Shown here one piece after another: positions 58,622 through 64,000 of a stretch of DNA of 64,000 nt. Position 1 is the first letter of the stretch. The number at the start of each line of letters is the position of its first letter. Source of the DNA: Alphaproteobacteria bacterium (GTDB lineage: Bacteria > Pseudomonadota > Alphaproteobacteria > UBA828). The notes under the pieces are model-generated. The model saw only the letters and a list, made by a program, of their open reading frames with translations, did no database searches and was not told where the DNA came from. The stretch lies in assembly GCA_963422645.2 (NCBI GenBank), contig CAXXVO010000017.1, forward strand, positions 128,001-192,000. The letters are read 5' to 3'. The position numbers and the translations under genes were made by a program.

Positions 58622-60049
58622 ATGGCATCGGCGGATCTCGAACTCTGTTATCTGACGGCGAGCGAGGCGCTGGAGCGCTTCAGGGCGCGCACGCTCTCGC
58701 CGGTCGAGCTGCTGGACGCGCAGATCGCGCGCGCGCAGGCGATCAACCCCAAGGTCAACGCCATCACCTACGACTTCTTCGACCGGGCGCGCGAGCAGGC
58801 GCAGAAGGCCGAGGCCAAGTACGGCAAGACCGACGGCCGCCTCCGTGCCCTCGAAGGGATACCGGTGGCGATCAAGGACTTCCACCCGGTCAAGGGCGAG
58901 ATCACCACCTTCGGCTCCAAGATCTTCGAGGATTTCAGGCCGGACTACACCGCGGCGACGGTGGACCGGCTGCTGCGCGCCGGCGCCATCATGCACATGC
59001 GCACCACGTCGCCGGAGTTCGCCTATTCCGGCGCGACCCACAGCCCGCTCTGGGGCATCACGCCCAATCCGTGGAACCTGGAATACACCTCGGGCGGCTC
59101 TTCCGGCGGCGCGGGCGCGGCGGTCGCCGGCGGCATGACCACTTTGGCCGACGGCACCGACGGCGGCGGCTCGATCCGCATTCCGGCCTCGGCGTGCGGC
59201 ATCTTCGGCTACAAGCCGCCCTTCGGCCGCAACCCGCTGGACCGCGACCATCCGCTTGAGACCATCCTGCACTATGGCCCCATGGTCCGGAGCGTCGGCG
59301 ACGCCGCGTTGATGCAGAACGTCATGTCGGGGCCCCATCTGGACGATCTCTGCAGCCTGCCGAACAAGGTGCGGCTGCCTGCGACCCACGACGATATCCG
59401 CGGCTGGAAGGTCGCCTTTTCAATGGACCTCGACTACCTCCAGATCGACCCGGAGGTGCAGGAGAACACGCGGCGTGCGGCCGACACCTTGCGCGAGCTC
59501 GGCTGCACCGTGGAGGAGGTCGATGTCGGCTGGAACTTCGGCGTCCTCGATTGCTGGATGACGTGGTGGGAGGGCCTCTTCGCCGGGATCGCCGGCCATT
59601 TTCTGCCCCGCTGGCGCTACGAGATGGACCCCTTCGTCGTCAGGCTTCTGGAGAGCGGGCTCGGCCACAGCGCGGCGCGGCTCTATCAATGCCAGGTGTT
59701 CCGCGGATGGATGTGGCAGCAGCTGCAGCCGATCCTCAAGTCCTACAACATCCTGATCTGCCCGACGCTCGCGGTGCCGGCGGTCAAGGCCGACCACGAC
59801 GACGCCGATCCCAACTTCGAAATCAACGGGGTTCCGCTGCCGGCCTACGTCGGCTGGGTCTGCACCAACCCCTTCAACCTGGTGAGCCAGTGCCCGGCGA
59901 TGAGCGTGCCGACCGGCTTCTCGTCATACGGTGTGCCCACCGGCATGCAGATCGTTGGCCGGCCCTACGACGATCTGAGCGTGTTCCGCGCTGCCGCCGC
60001 TTTCGAGGGTGCGACCCAGCCCTGGCGCGACAAGCGGCCCGCAATCTAG
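58622..60049 (+). CDS. Amidase-signature family enzyme
   Basis: IKD, GGSSGG and GTDGGGSIRIPA (Ser-cisSer-Lys triad). Confidence 0.92.
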   Translation: MASADLELCYLTASEALERFRARTLSPVELLDAQIARAQAINPKVNAITYDFFDRAREQAQKAEAKYGKTDGRLRALEGIPVAIKDFHPVKGEITTFGSKIFEDFRPDYTAATVDRLLRAGAIMHMRTTSPEFAYSGATHSPLWGITPNPWNLEYTSGGSSGGAGAAVAGGMTTLADGTDGGGSIRIPASACGIFGYKPPFGRNPLDRDHPLETILHYGPMVRSVGDAALMQNVMSGPHLDDLCSLPNKVRLPATHDDIRGWKVAFSMDLDYLQIDPEVQENTRRAADTLRELGCTVEEVDVGWNFGVLDCWMTWWEGLFAGIAGHFLPRWRYEMDPFVVRLLESGLGHSAARLYQCQVFRGWMWQQLQPILKSYNILICPTLAVPAVKADHDDADPNFEINGVPLPAYVGWVCTNPFNLVSQCPAMSVPTGFSSYGVPTGMQIVGRPYDDLSVFRAAAAFEGATQPWRDKRPAI

Positions 60050-60080
60050 GAGCCAAGGGCCGGACCATAAGGAGGACGCA

Positions 60081-60710
60081 ATGAAGCTTTACAGTTGGGG
60101 TGCTGCGCCCAATCCGCGCCGGGTGCTGATCTACATGGCGGAGAAGGGCATCGAGATCCCGGTGGTGGAGGCCGGCGAAGGCGCGCATCTCACGGACGAC
60201 TTCCTCGCCCGCTACGACGGGCGCATGGTGCCGATGCTGGAGCTCGACGACGGCACGCAGATCGGCGAGGCGATGGCGATCTGCCGCTTCCTCGAAGAGG
60301 CGTATCCGGCCCCGCCGCTCTTCGGTGTGAACCGGCGGGACCGTGCTCTTGTCGACATGTGGGAGCGACGCGCAGAGACCGAATGCTTCGCCGGCGCGGC
60401 GGAGGTGTTCCGCAATTCCGCTCCCGCTTTCGCGGACCGGGGCCTGCCGGGGTTCGAAGAACCGATCGAGCAGATTCCGGCTTTGATCGAGCGCGGCAAG
60501 AAGCGTCTCGCCCGCTTCTATGGGCGTATCGAGCGCCAACTTGCGGACAACCGGTTCATCGCCGGTCCCCGTTTTAGCGTCGCCGACATCACCGCGCTCT
60601 GCATCATCGACTTCGCGACCAAGGGCGCCAAGGTCGGGCTGCCGGAGGATCACACCAACGCCTGGCGCTGGCACGCCGAGGTTTCCGCCCGCCCCAGCAT
60701 CGCCGGCTAG
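60081..60710 (+). CDS. Glutathione S-transferase family protein
   Basis: APNPRRV, VPMLELDDG and FSVADI. Confidence 0.88.
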   Translation: MKLYSWGAAPNPRRVLIYMAEKGIEIPVVEAGEGAHLTDDFLARYDGRMVPMLELDDGTQIGEAMAICRFLEEAYPAPPLFGVNRRDRALVDMWERRAETECFAGAAEVFRNSAPAFADRGLPGFEEPIEQIPALIERGKKRLARFYGRIERQLADNRFIAGPRFSVADITALCIIDFATKGAKVGLPEDHTNAWRWHAEVSARPSIAG

Positions 60711-60749
60711 CCGGCGGCGGGACCGGTCAGAGAACCTTGGGTAAGGTCC

Positions 60750-60778
60750 TTGCGCTGGCCTTCAATTGTAGCTACATT
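60750..60778 (+). promoter_or_regulatory. dinJ-yafQ promoter with operator palindrome
   Basis: TTGCGC-N17-TACATT with palindrome TGTAGCTACA (60767-60776) over the -10. Confidence 0.65.
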
Positions 60779-60804
60779 AAAGCTACGCATTCGGAGTGAG
60801 ACAA

Positions 60805-61062
60805 ATGAGCTCTGATTCGGTGGTGAGGGCTCGCATCGACAGCGACACCAAGGCACGGGCCACGGAAGCACTGAGTGCCATGGGCCTGACGGTGTCCGAC
60901 GCGATCCGCCTCATGTTGCTGCGCGTGGCGGACGAGAAGCGGTTGCCGTTCGCAGTACAGGCGCCGAACGCCACCACCGTCAAAGCCATGAAGGAGCTGG
61001 AAGCGGGCAAGGGCAAGCGCTTCAACGACGCGGACGAGCTGTTCGAGGACATCGGCGCCTGA
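60805..61062 (+). CDS. dinJ: RelB/DinJ antitoxin
   Basis: VVRARID..K..A...L..MGLTVSDAIR...LPF...PNATT. Confidence 0.9.
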   Translation: MSSDSVVRARIDSDTKARATEALSAMGLTVSDAIRLMLLRVADEKRLPFAVQAPNATTVKAMKELEAGKGKRFNDADELFEDIGA

Positions 61063-61063
61063 C

Positions 61064-61336
61064 GTGCTCAATCCGGTCCGCTCCACGCAGTTCAGGCGTG
61101 ACGTGAAGCGGATGCAGAGGCGTGGCAAAGACCTGAGAAAGCTCCGCCCGCCGCTGGCGACATTGCTCCGACAAGCTCCACTTCCCACCCGCTATCGCGA
61201 TCACCCGCTACGAGGCAACTGGCGGGGTTATCGTGAATTCCACATTGAGGCGGATTGGTTGCTGATCTACCGCGTCGAGGGAGACGAATTGCAGCTGGTC
61301 CGCACGGGCTCCCACGCCGACCTCTTCAACGAGTGA
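61064..61336 (+). CDS. yafQ: YafQ mRNA interferase toxin
   Basis: FRRDVK, RDHPLRGNW..YREFHI and RTGSHADLF. Confidence 0.92.
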   Translation: MLNPVRSTQFRRDVKRMQRRGKDLRKLRPPLATLLRQAPLPTRYRDHPLRGNWRGYREFHIEADWLLIYRVEGDELQLVRTGSHADLFNE

Positions 61337-61393
61337 CACTAAGGGCTTGGCCTGCGGCTTGCTGCGGATCGGGGCACACCCTAGACTCTTTGC

Positions 61394-61642
61394 ATGGGCG
61401 AGGGCGGAGAGAAGGACGGCGAGGCGCAGACCTTCGAGGGCGCGATGCGCGAGCTCGAAGGGATCGTGCACGAGCTGGAGGCCGGCGAGACCGGCCTCGA
61501 AGCGGCGATCGCGGCGTATGAGCGCGGCGTCAAGTTGAAGACCTTCTGCGAAGAGAAGCTCAGGCAGGCCGAGCTCCGGGTCGAGAAGATCGATAGCGAT
61601 GCGGCCGGCAACGTCCGCACGGAGCCCTTCGAGACCGGCTGA
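61394..61642 (+). CDS. xseB: Exodeoxyribonuclease VII small subunit
   Basis: FEGAMRELEGIV..LE...YERG..L...CEEKL. Confidence 0.92.
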   Translation: MGEGGEKDGEAQTFEGAMRELEGIVHELEAGETGLEAAIAAYERGVKLKTFCEEKLRQAELRVEKIDSDAAGNVRTEPFETG

Positions 61643-61651
61643 GGACGCCGG

Positions 61652-62539
61652 GTGAGTTCGCTTGAGGGTGCGCTCCGCGAGGCCGCAGAAGCCGTAGACG
61701 AAGCGCTCGAATCGCTGGTTCCCGCGCAGGGCGGCGCCGACGGGCGGCTCTTCGAGGCGATGCGCTACTCCCTCTTCGCCGGCGGCAAGCGGCTCAGACC
61801 CTTCCTCGTCCTCTCGGGCGCCGACCTCTTCGAGGTGCCGCGCGCTTGGTCCGTCTATACCGCCGCCGCCATCGAAATGGTGCATACCTACTCGCTGGTC
61901 CACGACGACCTGCCCGCGATGGACGACGACGACCTGCGCCGGGGCAAGCCGACCTGCCATATCACCTTCGACGAGGCGACCGCGATCCTCGTGGGCGATT
62001 CCCTGCTCACGCTCGCCTTCGAGGCGGTGACGACTCCGGCCGGACATCCGGACGCCGCCGTGCGTGCCGAACTCGCCTGCGCGCTGGCGCAGGCGGCCGG
62101 CGCAGACGGCATGGCCGGCGGTCAGGCGATCGACCTCGCGGCGGAAAGCCGGAATCTCACCCTCGACGAGGTGATCCGCCTGCAGCAGCTCAAGACCGGC
62201 GCGCTCTTCGGCTTCTCCTGCGAGGCCGGCGCCATCCTCGCGCGGGAGGACGGTGCGGCGCGCAAGGCGCTCCGCGACTATGCCGCGTGCATCGGTCTCG
62301 CGTTCCAGATCGCCGACGACCTGCTCGACCACGAGGGCTCGGAGGCCGACCTCGGCAAGGCGGTGGGCAAGGACGCCGCCGCCGGCAAGGCAACCTTCGT
62401 GGGCCTCCTGGGTGCCGAAGAGGCACGCTGGCGGGCCGAGGCGCTGGCGGATGACGCCATCGCGGCGCTCGACCCCTTCGACGAGAAGGCCGCGCCGCTT
62501 CGCGCCGTCGCCCGCTATATCGTGGAGCGGCGCCACTGA
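61652..62539 (+). CDS. ispA: Farnesyl diphosphate synthase
   Basis: GGKRLRP, HDDLPAMDDDDLRRG, KTGALF, FQIADD and GKD. Confidence 0.93.
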   Translation: MSSLEGALREAAEAVDEALESLVPAQGGADGRLFEAMRYSLFAGGKRLRPFLVLSGADLFEVPRAWSVYTAAAIEMVHTYSLVHDDLPAMDDDDLRRGKPTCHITFDEATAILVGDSLLTLAFEAVTTPAGHPDAAVRAELACALAQAAGADGMAGGQAIDLAAESRNLTLDEVIRLQQLKTGALFGFSCEAGAILAREDGAARKALRDYAACIGLAFQIADDLLDHEGSEADLGKAVGKDAAAGKATFVGLLGAEEARWRAEALADDAIAALDPFDEKAAPLRAVARYIVERRH

Positions 62540-63288
62540 GCCGCGAGGCGCGGGGCAAGGAGCGGCTCGACACCCTGCTGGTTGCCCGCGGCCTCGCCGA
62601 GACCAGGGCCAGGGCGCAGGCGCTGCTGCTGGCGGGCCGGGTCTACTCAGGCGAGCGCCGGCTCGAGAAGCCGGGTATGCAGGTCGACCACGCGCTCCCG
62701 CTCACGGTGAGGGGCACCGACCACCCCTGGGTCTCGCGCGGCGGCATCAAGCTGGACCACGCGCTCACGCATTTCGAGATCGACCCGAGCGGGCTGATCG
62801 CGCTGGATATCGGCGCCTCCACTGGCGGCTTCACTGATGTGCTCTGCCAGCGGGGCGCACGGAGGGTCTACGCGGTCGATGTCGGCTATGGCCAGCTCGA
62901 CGTACGCCTGCGCGACGATGCCCGCATCGCGGTGCTGGAGCGGACCAACGCGCGCTACCTCTCGCGGGCCGAGGTGCCGGAGCCGATCGACCTGATCGTC
63001 TGCGACGCGAGCTTCATCGGCCTGCGCACGATCCTGCCGGCCCCGCTCGCGCTCGCCCGGCCCGGCGCGCGCCTCATCGCCCTGATCAAGCCGCAGTTCG
63101 AGGCCGGGCGTGGCCGCGTGGGCAAGGGCGGCATCGTCCGCGACCCCGCCGTTCACGCTGACGTCTGCGAAACGATCCGTGACTGGCTCGCCGGGGAGGG
63201 CTGGCCGGTGATCGGCCTCACGGAAAGCCCGATCAAGGGCCGCGACGGCAACACCGAGTTCCTGATCGCTGCGCGGAGTGCATCGTAA
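62536..63288 (+). CDS. tlyA: TlyA rRNA 2'-O-methyltransferase (S4 + FtsJ), apparent CTG start
   Basis: KERLDTLLVARGL S4 domain, WVSRGGIKL, DIGASTGGFTD and IKPQFE. Confidence 0.9.
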   Translation: MSREARGKERLDTLLVARGLAETRARAQALLLAGRVYSGERRLEKPGMQVDHALPLTVRGTDHPWVSRGGIKLDHALTHFEIDPSGLIALDIGASTGGFTDVLCQRGARRVYAVDVGYGQLDVRLRDDARIAVLERTNARYLSRAEVPEPIDLIVCDASFIGLRTILPAPLALARPGARLIALIKPQFEAGRGRVGKGGIVRDPAVHADVCETIRDWLAGEGWPVIGLTESPIKGRDGNTEFLIAARSAS

Positions 63289-63297
63289 GGGGTTCAA

Positions 63298-64000
63298 TCA
63301 GGCGAGGGGCAGGAGTTCGGCGATCTCTCGGTTGAAGGGAACCTCGTCGCTGCTAACGGCGGGGCCGTCCAGCTCCTCCGCATAGCGCCGCCCCGCGTAG
63401 ACCGCGTGAGCGATGGTCGCCGGCGCGAGCGCGTCGCCGATGGTGGTGACCCTTTCGATGCCGGCGTCCTTCCAGTCCTCGCCGCGCGCCGCGAGCTCGC
63501 GGGAGAGGCGGTCTACCGGCTCCCGCGACGTGACCAGCACCACGGCGTCAGCTTCGATCTCCTCCGTGCGCCCGGTGAAGACGCAGGAGGCCGCGATGGA
63601 GCCTTCCGAGACGGCGTCGAGATTGGTGAAGCTCCGGATCGTCACGCCCTTCTCCAGGAGCCGTGCCTGGATGAAGTGCTGCTCCATCGTGTTCCGGGTC
63701 CAGGTCGAGGCTTCGGGTGCCGGTGTCAGGTAGGACGTCTGGCAACCCTCGTCGGCGAGCAGTTCCGCCAGCACGCCGCCCATGTAGTAGTGCTCGTCGT
63801 CCCAAACCACGACGCGCGCCCCATTCGCCGGCACAGTGCCTTCCATGATGTCGTCGGGAGTCAGCACCCGCGCGCTCGCCGCGATGGGCATGGGCCGCGC
63901 CCAGTGGTGGCCGACGCCGTCCGCCCGCCAGCGCGCGCCGGTGGCGACGACGACGCGAGGCACCCCGAATTCAAGCACGGAGTCCGCATCGAGGTCGGAA
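63298..64000 (-). CDS. Trimethylamine/dimethylamine/histamine dehydrogenase-like flavoprotein, C-terminal part (5' end outside window)
   Basis: VVVATGARWRADG, WDDEHYYMGGVLAE and IGDALAPATIAHAVYAG. Confidence 0.75.
   Translation of the reverse strand, partial: SDLDADSVLEFGVPRVVVATGARWRADGVGHHWARPMPIAASARVLTPDDIMEGTVPANGARVVVWDDEHYYMGGVLAELLADEGCQTSYLTPAPEASTWTRNTMEQHFIQARLLEKGVTIRSFTNLDAVSEGSIAASCVFTGRTEEIEADAVVLVTSREPVDRLSRELAARGEDWKDAGIERVTTIGDALAPATIAHAVYAGRRYAEELDGPAVSSDEVPFNREIAELLPLA

Overview
High-GC alphaproteobacterial chromosome segment, Rhodospirillales-like by gene content (inference). The housekeeping and metabolic backbone carries a uvrD/pcrA 3' end, prpE, rsmD, rluB, bactofilin, nth, dinB, mucR, gcdH, otnK-otnC, rpsM-rpsK-rpoA-rplQ, miaB-phoH-ybeY-corC-lnt, cdsA, xseB-ispA-tlyA and two type II TA loci. 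Two mobile-element pile-ups interrupt it. (1) An ~20 kb decayed island (~8.6-28.7 kb) holds an intact IS66, an IS21, and an IS110 inserted in an HTH gene. It also holds a truncated ExeA-ATPase/RepA-helicase/primase/methylase module. Most unusually, it contains a 2.67 kb non-autonomous Mu-like element (TGTAG...CTACA ends, repeated end sites, 5-bp TSD) carrying portal, minor-head and QueC-like fragments, inserted inside an IS630 remnant. (2) A three-layer nested IS (DUF4338-IS4 > IS66 > unclassified IS) sits in the first codons of phoH, and all three target duplications are still visible. No rRNA, tRNA or CRISPR array was recognised. Family assignments are from motif recognition only; no database search was run.
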